IMG/VR virus record: IMGVR_UViG_3300037466_003849
Location: 1-64,000 of that record
Direction: 5' to 3' (one strand)
Length of the DNA stretch: 64,000 nt
Origin: a virus
Lineage: Duplodnaviria > Caudoviricetes
Below are positions 8,824-16,588 of this stretch, one piece after another. Each line of letters opens with the position of its first letter. Position 1 is the first letter of the stretch. The notes under the pieces are model-generated. The model was not told the DNA's origin and did no database searches. It was given only the letters and a program-made list of their open reading frames with translations. Position numbers and translations under genes: made by a program.

Positions 8824-8970
8824 TAGGCTAGCCTAACCTGTAACTCAACTGTCCAGTACTTACCAGTAGGTAACTGTAACCCCCGAAAAACGTTAATGAA
8901 ATGCGTATTTTGGGGTGTTGCGGTACCCGAAAACGGGTACTACAGTCGGTTTCACCTCCGATAAAGGAGG
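8823..8970. promoter_or_regulatory. AT-rich palindrome cluster
   Basis: TTAGGCTAGCCTAA (8823-36), TTACC-N4-GGTAA (8860-73), GTACCCG-N4-CGGGTAC (8923-40), CCTCC-N6-GGAGG (8955-70). Confidence 0.45.
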
Positions 8971-9080
8971 ATACTTATCAGAGAAAAAACGCGCAGCTGA
9001 ACGGCCGCCCCGTCGGGGGGCGGTGGGCCGCAAGGGCGCGGGCCAAAGTGAAGCAGGGGTCAGGCGTGGACGGTTTGGGG

Positions 9081-9257
9081 ATGTACCACCGGGCGGCACC
9101 AGTGCCGATCGTCGCCATTCAGCGGATGCTCGAAGCCGGGCACGCCCACGCCGACGACGCCGAGCCGTCGCCGCCGCAGGATGATCCCGGAGGGTCAATC
9201 GTTCTCCTCAGCGAGATGAGGGAATACATCGCGTCGCTACCGGCGACGGCTGTCTAG
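9081..9257 (+). CDS. Possible small protein or HTH remnant
   Basis: Ends IVLLSEMREYIASLP; start and coding status uncertain. Confidence 0.25.
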   Translation: MYHRAAPVPIVAIQRMLEAGHAHADDAEPSPPQDDPGGSIVLLSEMREYIASLPATAV

Positions 9258-9847
9258 TCTGGCGTCGACAGGAACTGAGCAACAGCGCGGCCGACCTCAT
9301 GGGCCGTTTTGAGGTCGACACCACGAGCCTCGCCGAACGTCTCAGCTGAGGCGTTGATCAAGCGCCACATCGCTTCTTTCATGGTCTCGTTGGATACTTC
9401 GCCAGCCTCCCACTGGTTCAATGCGGTGGCGGCAATGTGTGTCAATCCGATCTGACTCAGCAGCTTCTTTTCGCTGACGCGATCGAGGTGGGTTGCGACC
9501 CCTGGCCCCGCTGCCGTCTGGACAAACGTCATCTGCGCGGCCAGTGGCATGTCCGGCCGCGCAGGGTCTGTGCGAGGGATCAGATCCTCGACCTCGCCAT
9601 CCAAAAAAGCGTTGAGTGACCCCGGCTCCAGGCCGAACACGCCCTCTATCTCCGACAGCATCTTGTCACTGGGGGTGCCCAGTCTTTTGTTGGGGATGTG
9701 GCCGTTCTCTATAGCGCTCTGGAAGGTGACAGAAGGACCTCCCGCCTTCTGTATGTCCTTCTGGGGCAGTCGTAAGACCTCTGTTCGTCGCTTACGCAGA
9801 AGTTTGCCCAGCTCTGCCCAACGGGCCGTGGATTCCATGTTCTCCAT
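9254..9847 (-). CDS. Immunity repressor (HTH)
   Basis: WAELGKLLRKRR..L...Q..I..AGGPS...IENG; divergent from a Cro-like gene. Confidence 0.8.
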   Translation of the reverse strand: MENMESTARWAELGKLLRKRRTEVLRLPQKDIQKAGGPSVTFQSAIENGHIPNKRLGTPSDKMLSEIEGVFGLEPGSLNAFLDGEVEDLIPRTDPARPDMPLAAQMTFVQTAAGPGVATHLDRVSEKKLLSQIGLTHIAATALNQWEAGEVSNETMKEAMWRLINASAETFGEARGVDLKTAHEVGRAVAQFLSTPD

Positions 9848-10018
9848 CGTCTCAGACAGCCATAGACAGGTCTAGCACCTGCTGGGAAATCCCAGTTTGC
9901 AATTTCTCACACGGCGTGTCGATCTATTTACCCAGGTCATCGGCACTTCTGTAAGTTTCTGTCTATCTATGCGGGTTTCTGTTTGCCAGGCCCAAACCTG
10001 TCTTGTACTGTCCTTCAT
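9848..10018. promoter_or_regulatory. Repressor/Cro intergenic switch region
   Basis: AT-rich; inverted ATAGACAG (9862) / CTGTCTAT (9959); CTGGG-N4-CCCAG (9882-95). Confidence 0.55.
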
Positions 10019-10282
10019 GTGGCCGACAGAGCAACCGGCCCGCAAGTACGAATCCGAGACATACGAGTAGCCCACGGACTGTCGTTGACGCAGTTGGCCC
10101 AGCGCATCCGGGGGAACGGCGTAAGCGTTCATCCAGATCACCTGGGAAACGTCGAGCTCGGCTACAAACGGGCATCCCCTCATCTCCTCCACGCCTGGGC
10201 TGCGGCCCTGGGCATTCACCCTCTCGACGTGTGGCAGCCGCCGCGCGTGTCCACTCCCCAAGACGCCGACGACGCGGCGTAG
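10019..10282 (+). CDS. Cro-like HTH protein (start 10019 or 9983)
   Basis: IRDIRVAHGLSLTQLAQRI...HLGNVELGYKRAS..LL.AWA.ALG. Confidence 0.82.
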   Translation: MADRATGPQVRIRDIRVAHGLSLTQLAQRIRGNGVSVHPDHLGNVELGYKRASPHLLHAWAAALGIHPLDVWQPPRVSTPQDADDAA

Positions 10283-10304
10283 GACATTCAGGACGGAATT
10301 CGCT

Positions 10305-10820
10305 TTGAGCACAGGATTTTTCGGCATCGCCGTCTACCACCCTAAGCACGAGGTCAACGTCGGCACGTTGTGGAGATCGGCGATGACTTACGACGCCGCC
10401 CTCCTGGCCACCGTCGGCCGCCGGTACCGATCGCAGGCATCCGACACCTGCAAGGCGCCGAAATCCATTCCCCTGCAACACTTCGCCGACATCGACGCCC
10501 TCATCGAGGGTCTGCCTCACAGCTGCCCGCTGATCGGCGTCGAGCTCGACTCCCGCAGTGAGGATCTCGAATACTTCGAGCATCCCGCCCGCGGCCTCTA
10601 CCTCCTCGGCGCCGAAGACCATGGCCTCCCGCCCGAGATTCTCGATCGCTGCCACCGGGTCATCAAGGTCGAATCCGCGGAGCCTTGGTCACTCAATCTC
10701 GCCGTCGCCGGTTCGATCGTCATGCGCGACCGCTACATCAAGACCCAGACTCGCAGCCTGGTCACCGCCGCCGAGATGCGCGCCTACGCCGCCAGCCTGC
10801 CGACCACGATGGCCAGCTGA
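10305..10820 (+). CDS. SpoU/TrmH-family (SPOUT) RNA methyltransferase
   Basis: P...NVGTLWRSA, GVEL, LLGAEDHGLP, SLNLAVAGSIVM motifs. Confidence 0.9.
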   Translation: MSTGFFGIAVYHPKHEVNVGTLWRSAMTYDAALLATVGRRYRSQASDTCKAPKSIPLQHFADIDALIEGLPHSCPLIGVELDSRSEDLEYFEHPARGLYLLGAEDHGLPPEILDRCHRVIKVESAEPWSLNLAVAGSIVMRDRYIKTQTRSLVTAAEMRAYAASLPTTMAS

Positions 10821-10821
10821 C

Positions 10822-11055
10822 ATGTGGGCGCAGCGCTCCGCGGAGGAGTTCCTCCGCGACAACGGTGAGAACTTCACCAACGACGACCTGATCGCCATGT
10901 CCGAGCACTACGAGTCGCTCGCCTGCTTCGGCCAGTTCACCAGTCTGCGCGAATACGAACAGGCATTCCGGCGCTGGGTCATCTCCATCCACGTCTGTTG
11001 CACCGCACGCACACCCCGAAGGGACTGGGTCCATGTCACCGACAACGCTGCCTGA
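10822..11055 (+). CDS. Hypothetical protein (77 aa)
   Basis: ATG 2 nt after upstream stop; operon position. Confidence 0.55.
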   Translation: MWAQRSAEEFLRDNGENFTNDDLIAMSEHYESLACFGQFTSLREYEQAFRRWVISIHVCCTARTPRRDWVHVTDNAA

Positions 11056-11410
11056 CCCCGCGCAGATCGTCGAGAAGGTCCGCGAGATCGTCGCGACCCG
11101 GCCCGACTTCGTCTACTCCTTCACTGATGCCGAGGGCAAGGCGAAGTGCTACTACTTCGTGGACGGCCAGCCCTCCTGCATCGTCGGCCACGCCCTCGCC
11201 GCATTCGGTGTTCCCGCAACGATTTTCGAGCGCGACGGCGGCGAGTACTACGTCAACGGCCTCAGCATCGACCGCCCGCAGGTGCTCAAGATCCTGGGCT
11301 GGCCGATGAGCCGCCTCGTCGAGTGGCTGCGCACCGTCCAGGTTGGCCAGGACTCCGGTTACACCTGGCGCAAGTCGGTCGACAACGCCGACGAGTACTT
11401 CCCCCTCTGA
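11033..11410 (+). CDS. Hypothetical protein, paralogue of next gene
   Basis: PDFVY..C.Y..PSCIVGHAL..GV..W...Q..QD.G.TW. Confidence 0.75.
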   Translation: MSPTTLPDPAQIVEKVREIVATRPDFVYSFTDAEGKAKCYYFVDGQPSCIVGHALAAFGVPATIFERDGGEYYVNGLSIDRPQVLKILGWPMSRLVEWLRTVQVGQDSGYTWRKSVDNADEYFPL

Positions 11411-11467
11411 TCCACGCCGCCCGGCGCTCTTTCTCCACACACCCCGAATTCGAAAGTGGGTACCCCT

Positions 11468-11881
11468 ATGTCGAAATACCCCAACATTTCCGCTGGTGAT
11501 GTCGCGGTCAGAATGATCGAGATCGCGGCCGAAAACCCCAGATTCGCCTACGACCCGCCGGGGGAATTCCTCTACATCGAATTCGGCCAGGACAACAAGA
11601 AGGTCGGTTCGTGCCTCGTCGGCCGCGCGCTCGTCGACCTCGGCGTCGACCCCGACGACATCGTCGAAGGCTGGAGCGCTTCGGCCACGCTGGGGCGCCT
11701 CGGCATTCGCGTGACATTCGCCGACAACCCGAACACCATGCGGTGGATCACCTGCGCCCAGGCGCACCAGGATCGCCGCACGACGTGGCACACCGCCATC
11801 CAGCAGGCCAACAGCTTCTTCCCGAACGTCGCCGAGAAGCTCGCCGAGAAGATGGCGCTCAAGGCCGCGGCGGCGAAGTGA
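11468..11881 (+). CDS. Hypothetical protein, paralogue of previous gene
   Basis: PRFAY..SCLVGRAL..GV..W...Q..QD..TW. Confidence 0.75.
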   Translation: MSKYPNISAGDVAVRMIEIAAENPRFAYDPPGEFLYIEFGQDNKKVGSCLVGRALVDLGVDPDDIVEGWSASATLGRLGIRVTFADNPNTMRWITCAQAHQDRRTTWHTAIQQANSFFPNVAEKLAEKMALKAAAAK

Positions 11882-11988
11882 TGGCGTACTCGGATTCCGA
11901 TTCCGTCGGCGGATTGTTCGCCGACCTGATCATCGGCTTCGCAATTCTCTCGCTCGGCATCGTCGTCCTCGTCCTCTCCGTCATCTGA
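11881..11988 (+). CDS. 35-aa membrane peptide
   Basis: TGATG overlap; single TM helix. Confidence 0.6.
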   Translation: MAYSDSDSVGGLFADLIIGFAILSLGIVVLVLSVI

Positions 11989-11996
11989 GGTATTCC

Positions 11997-12500
11997 GTGA
12001 ATCCATTCACCGTCGTCGAAGACGACTATTCCGTCGATTGGCAGCACCGTTCCCGGTGCGCCCGGCACCCGAAATACTGGAATGTCGACAACCTGCCTGA
12101 CGGCAAGGACGGCTTCGCCATCGCGAAGGCGATGTGCGAGCCCTGCCCCGTCGCTCGGCAGTGCGCGCAGTTCCACAGGGACAACTCCACCGGCATCGGC
12201 CACGTCGTGGCGGGCCTGGCGCTGGTCGCCGGGCGCCTGAACAAGCAGCTCGCCGCGCAGCATCTGGCAGCCGTCGCCTCCGGCGTTCCGATCTCGGACT
12301 CCCTCAAGGCCGTGTACGCCGACGCCGTCGCCGACCAGCACGTCAAGTACTGCGCCGACCCCGACTGCGGACATCCGATGATGACGCGCGACCGCTGGCT
12401 CGCCGCGGGCGGTCCGACCGAATATCGCAAGGTCGGCGGCCACGGTCTGTGTCAAGCCTGCTACGCCCGTGCGCGCTACCACGAGGAGCGGGCGAGCTGA
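11997..12500 (+). CDS. whiB: WhiB-like Fe-S transcription factor with C-terminal Cys4 module
   Basis: DWQHRSRC...AKAMCEPCPVARQC; C-terminal CADPDC...GLCQACY. Confidence 0.8.
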   Translation: MNPFTVVEDDYSVDWQHRSRCARHPKYWNVDNLPDGKDGFAIAKAMCEPCPVARQCAQFHRDNSTGIGHVVAGLALVAGRLNKQLAAQHLAAVASGVPISDSLKAVYADAVADQHVKYCADPDCGHPMMTRDRWLAAGGPTEYRKVGGHGLCQACYARARYHEERAS

Positions 12501-13348
12501 TGACGGAGGAGATACAGCTGCCGTCGATGGCCGAGATCCTCGCCTTCGACCCCATGGCGCAACTCGAAGCGGACTTGAGGGCGGCCGTCGCCTACCGGGT
12601 CTACAACTCCCCGCGGTCGCTCCAGAAGGAGCTCGGCCCGTCGGAGGTCGGCCACCCGTGCCCGCGGCGGATCGCCTTCGGCCTCATGGCCGCCCCCGAG
12701 GTCGCTCCGCGCTTCGACCCGCTGCCCAGCGCGGTCGGCACCGGCGGACATGACTTCTTCGGCGGCGCCTTCGAGATGGACAACGAGCGCATCGGCGAGC
12801 AGCGCTGGCTCGTCGAGGATCGGGTCAACCCCTTCGGCTCGACCGAGGGCAACTCCGACCTGTTCTGCACGCGCTACGGCACCGTCGTCGACCACAAATT
12901 CCTCGGCCTGGACAAGATCAAGCACGCCCGCAAACACGGCCCGCGGCGCGTCTACATCAACCAGGTACAGACCTACGGCCTGGGCCAGCTTCGCAAGGGC
13001 CGCCGGGTGGAGCGCGTGGCGATCTGGATGCTGCCCCGCGGCGGCCTGCTGGCCGATGCCTATCTCTGGTCGGCCCCGTTCGACCCGAAGATCGCCGAGT
13101 GGGTCGACCGGCGCCTGGCGACGATCACCGCACTGTGCGTCGACCTCGATGTGGAGCACCACCCCGAGCGCTTCCAGGACATCCCGCTCGACACCTCCGA
13201 CTGCTCCTTCTGTGGATGGAAGGTCAAGCACCCGGTCGCCGGGCCGCACTGCATCCCCCCGACGAAGAAGAAGGCCGAGGAGCCCAGCATTCCCGACTCC
13301 GCAGCGGGTGAAACTGCGGAACCCACTACGACAGAAGGAAATTCATGA
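12500..13348 (+). CDS. Cas4-like / PD-(D/E)XK exonuclease
   Basis: LGPSEVGHPCPRR, VVDHKF, QVQTYG, CSFCGW. Confidence 0.85.
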   Translation: MTEEIQLPSMAEILAFDPMAQLEADLRAAVAYRVYNSPRSLQKELGPSEVGHPCPRRIAFGLMAAPEVAPRFDPLPSAVGTGGHDFFGGAFEMDNERIGEQRWLVEDRVNPFGSTEGNSDLFCTRYGTVVDHKFLGLDKIKHARKHGPRRVYINQVQTYGLGQLRKGRRVERVAIWMLPRGGLLADAYLWSAPFDPKIAEWVDRRLATITALCVDLDVEHHPERFQDIPLDTSDCSFCGWKVKHPVAGPHCIPPTKKKAEEPSIPDSAAGETAEPTTTEGNS

Positions 13349-14064
13349 AGACGATGCAGCAGATTCTGTTCGGCGGCAAAGGCCCCAAGGCGGCGTTCGC
13401 CAAGGGTGACCCGATCGGCCTGGAAGTCGGCGGCACCGTCGTCGGCGCGCCGATCGTCCGGCAGTCGACGGATCTGGCCACCGGTCAGCCGGAGACCTGG
13501 CAGGACGGCAATCCGAAGACGGAAATCGTCGTCGTCGTGCAGACCAATCTGCGCGAGAACGCCGACGACGACGGCCAGCGGCGCTTCTTCCTTCGGGAGT
13601 CCTCCGACCAGCTGCGCGCGGTGAGCGCGGCGCTCGCCGCAGTCGGCGCCCCGGAGATCGAAGAAGGTGGCTACCTGTCGATCAAGTACACCGGCGACGG
13701 CGTCGCCCCGCGGCCGGGGTTCAACGCTCCACGGTTGCACACCGCCACCTATCAGCGGCCGAACCCGCAGGCGCGGCTGCTCCAGCAGCAGCCGGTGCAG
13801 CAGGTCCAGCAGCAGGTGCAGTACGCGCAGCCGCAGTACGTCCAGCAGCCGGTGCAGCAGCCCGTCCAGTACGTGCAGCAGCCGCAGCAGGTGGCCCAAC
13901 AGCCGGTCCAGCAGGTCGTCCAGCAGCCGGTGATGCAGCAGCAGCCGATGCAGCCGACCGCGGGCCAGCAGCTCGCCACCGACTACGCCCAGCAGTCCGT
14001 GGCCAACGCCGCGGTGGCGGCCGTCGAGGCGCTCGCCGACCAGCAGAACAACTACCCCGGCTGA
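13345..14064 (+). CDS. Putative ssDNA-binding protein with Gln-rich tail
   Basis: GTVVG..RQ.TD..TG.P.TW.DG.P...VV.VQT..DDDG.R core next to the exonuclease; QQPVQ repeats. Confidence 0.65.
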   Translation: MKTMQQILFGGKGPKAAFAKGDPIGLEVGGTVVGAPIVRQSTDLATGQPETWQDGNPKTEIVVVVQTNLRENADDDGQRRFFLRESSDQLRAVSAALAAVGAPEIEEGGYLSIKYTGDGVAPRPGFNAPRLHTATYQRPNPQARLLQQQPVQQVQQQVQYAQPQYVQQPVQQPVQYVQQPQQVAQQPVQQVVQQPVMQQQPMQPTAGQQLATDYAQQSVANAAVAAVEALADQQNNYPG

Positions 14065-14079
14065 GCCGGAATCGCTTCT

Positions 14080-14105
14080 CACCGCGGCGCTTCGGCGTCG
14101 CGGTG
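14080..14105 (+). terminator. UUCG-capped hairpin
   Basis: CACCGCGGCGC-TTCG-GCGTCGCGGTG; no U-tract, so termination is uncertain. Confidence 0.4.
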
Positions 14106-14124
14106 GGGGCGGCGAAAGGGATTC

Positions 14125-14298
14125 ATGTACAGCGTTCGCATCGAAGTGAAGGCGTTCGGAGCTGATCTGGATGTACGGGTCGATGACAAGTTCGCGGCGT
14201 ACGGCGAGGACGACGCCGATGTCATCGAGAGCCTGCTCTCCGATGCCTCCGCACGCGTCCGGCAGGCATACGGCATCCCGGTTCACCAGGAGAAATGA
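14125..14298 (+). CDS. Small hypothetical protein (57 aa)
   Basis: RBS GAAAGGG; MYSVRIEVKAFG...; stop overlaps dnaN start. Confidence 0.6.
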   Translation: MYSVRIEVKAFGADLDVRVDDKFAAYGEDDADVIESLLSDASARVRQAYGIPVHQEK

Positions 14299-15407
14299 TG
14301 GATTTCTCCGCTGACCACGCCGCCTTCACCGGCGCCGTCATCGCCGTCGGCCGGGCGGTGCCGGTCAATCCGATCCAGCCCGAGCACGGTGGCATCCTCC
14401 TCGACGCCGCCGACGGCACCGTCGCGGTCCGCGCCTACGACCTGGAGACCGCGATCACCCGGCGCATCGACGCCGACGTGGTCACTTCCGGCCGGGTGCT
14501 CGTCTCCGGCCGCCTGCTCGCTCAGGTCGGAAAGGTGTTGCCGCGCAAGCCGGTTCACGCCAAAGTGCGCGACGCACAGCTGGCCATCCAGGCCGGTAAC
14601 AGCGTCTTCGGCCTGCCGTTGATCCCCGAGGGCGCCTACCCGGCGCTGCCGGAACCCAGCGGCGTGGCGAGCACAGTCGACGGAGAACAGTTCGCCGTCG
14701 CGGTGGATCGGGCGTGCTCGGCGCTTACCGGCGCCGACGCCGCGGTGCTCAAGAGCCTGTTCGGCGTGCGCCTGGAGGCCGAGGGCAACCGGCTCACCGT
14801 GCTGGCGACCGACCGCTTCCGCATGGCGGTGGAGGAGATCGCCTGGGACGGGCCGGAGATGGCGGTCCTACTGCCCGCCGAGGCGCTCAACGCGGCGGCG
14901 AAGGCGATCGAGCCCGGCCCGGCGACGCTGCACGTCGGCCGATCGTTCGGATTGACCTCCGGCGCAACGACTTCGACGATGCGCGTGCTCGACCAGGGTT
15001 ACCCGCCCTGGAGCAAGGTACTCGCCGCGCCGCACGTGGCCATGGTCGTCGTCGACCCGGCCGAGCTGTCGGCGGCGCTGCGCCGCGTCGAGGTTGTCTC
15101 CGGCAAGTTCCCGCACGTCCTGTTGTCAGTTGGAAACAGCGAGATCCAGATCTCGGCCGCCAGGACCACCGACGTGCGGGGCGAGGCCGCCGAGATCGTC
15201 GAGTGCGAGGTCACCGGCGATCCGATCTCGACCAAGATCAACGGCGAGTACCTGCGGTCGATGATCGCCGCGCTGCGATCGGAGCACCTGTCGCTCGGCT
15301 TTTCCTCGCCACCGAACCGCCATCCGGTGCTCGGCTTCCCCCTTGAGGTCCGCGACCTCGAAAAACCTGAAACCCCAAGGGTATTCGCAGTAATGCCCGT
15401 CCGATAG
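14295..15407 (+). CDS. dnaN: DNA polymerase III beta sliding clamp
   Basis: 370 aa; GILL, AYDLE, G.VLVSGRLL, YPALP, LATDRFRM, YP.W, IN.EYL motifs. Confidence 0.92.
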   Translation: MMDFSADHAAFTGAVIAVGRAVPVNPIQPEHGGILLDAADGTVAVRAYDLETAITRRIDADVVTSGRVLVSGRLLAQVGKVLPRKPVHAKVRDAQLAIQAGNSVFGLPLIPEGAYPALPEPSGVASTVDGEQFAVAVDRACSALTGADAAVLKSLFGVRLEAEGNRLTVLATDRFRMAVEEIAWDGPEMAVLLPAEALNAAAKAIEPGPATLHVGRSFGLTSGATTSTMRVLDQGYPPWSKVLAAPHVAMVVVDPAELSAALRRVEVVSGKFPHVLLSVGNSEIQISAARTTDVRGEAAEIVECEVTGDPISTKINGEYLRSMIAALRSEHLSLGFSSPPNRHPVLGFPLEVRDLEKPETPRVFAVMPVR

Positions 15408-15415
15408 GAGACCTC

Positions 15416-15577
15416 ATGCCACTCATCGAAGGACGCGTCGCCGAGTGCACCGTCGGCCACGAGGGCCGCCTGGTCGTCGAGGCGACCATTACCGGCGGCG
15501 ACGAGCTCGACTTCCGGCCCGGCCGCCCGGTCGTGGTCCACCTCGACAAGCGCGACGACAGCGGGATCGAGCGGTGA
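15416..15577 (+). CDS. Small hypothetical protein (53 aa)
   Basis: RBS AGGAG; GTGA overlap with next gene. Confidence 0.55.
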   Translation: MPLIEGRVAECTVGHEGRLVVEATITGGDELDFRPGRPVVVHLDKRDDSGIER

Positions 15578-16464
15578 CCGAGCACGACCCCATCCACCCG
15601 GACACCTCCGAGCCCACGCCGGTCGAGATCGTCGCCGCGTTGTCGAAGGACGACCGGACGCGCCGGGTGCTTCACCTGATCGACCAGGCATACGCCATCT
15701 ACGACGAAGCGATCGAAACCCACCTCGACGACAAGCGTCTGGCCGCGTCGGCCGTGCTGTTCTCCGGCGGCAACGACTCGACAGTCCTCGCGCACCTCAT
15801 GGCACCGCGGGCCACGCACGCGATCCACTGCAACACCACGATCGGCATCGAGGCGACGCGTCAGTTCGTACGCGACACCTGCGTAGAGCTTGGCCTGCCG
15901 TTGCTCGAGGAAACTGCGCCGGTGTCGTATCGAGACCTGGTGCTGGAGCGAGGATTCCCCGGACCGCCGCACCACTGGAAGATGTACCAGCGTCTCAAGG
16001 AGCGCGGGCTACGGCAGGCCCGGCGCAAGCTGGTCGCCAACGGCCGCCGAGAGCGCGTCGTGTTCATCGCCGGGCGTCGGCGTCAGGAGTCGGACCGGCG
16101 CAAGGAGATTCCGCTGCACGAGCGGATTGACTCGGTCATCTGGGCGTCACCGCTGGCGATGTGGACGAAGCTCGACATGATGACCTACCGGACCATTCAC
16201 CCGGATGTTCCACTGAACGAGGTATCGCAGCTACTGCACATGTCCGGCGAATGCCTCTGCGGCGCATTTGCGAAGCCGGGCGAGCTCGAGGAGATCCGGG
16301 CGTGGTTCCCGGAGGTCGCCGCCGAGATCGACGCCATCCAGGAGGAAGTCCGGCAGGCGGGCATCTCGGGGAGGCGGGCCTGCTGGGGCCACGGCGGCGG
16401 TAAGGCGAGCAAGCGCGTCGGCGCGCTGTGCACCTCCTGCGAGGTGGCCAGTGCCGCGACCTGA
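15574..16464 (+). CDS. PAPS-reductase-family (PP-loop) protein
   Basis: LFSGGNDSTVL, HCNTTIG, GFPGP, RLKER, GRRRQES..R, PL..WT, SGECLCGA. Confidence 0.88.
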   Translation: MTEHDPIHPDTSEPTPVEIVAALSKDDRTRRVLHLIDQAYAIYDEAIETHLDDKRLAASAVLFSGGNDSTVLAHLMAPRATHAIHCNTTIGIEATRQFVRDTCVELGLPLLEETAPVSYRDLVLERGFPGPPHHWKMYQRLKERGLRQARRKLVANGRRERVVFIAGRRRQESDRRKEIPLHERIDSVIWASPLAMWTKLDMMTYRTIHPDVPLNEVSQLLHMSGECLCGAFAKPGELEEIRAWFPEVAAEIDAIQEEVRQAGISGRRACWGHGGGKASKRVGALCTSCEVASAAT

Positions 16465-16588
16465 ATCCGTCGGCGAGTCCGATCGCCAAGAGCTGCTGGC
16501 CGCCAAGCTGGCCGACCTGAGCACCGATCGCCGCGGCTACGAGTCCGAAGACACCAACGGCCCGACCTGGTACGACGAGAGAGGATGA
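16451..16588 (+). CDS. Possible small protein (45 aa)
   Basis: Fills the gap and supplies the RBS/ATGA overlap for Prim-Pol. Confidence 0.35.
   Translation: MPRPESVGESDRQELLAAKLADLSTDRRGYESEDTNGPTWYDERG

Noticed and set aside
12500-13348. Cas4-like gene as evidence of CRISPR-Cas
   Set aside because: Stand-alone Cas4-like exonucleases are common actinophage recombination genes; no array or other cas genes.
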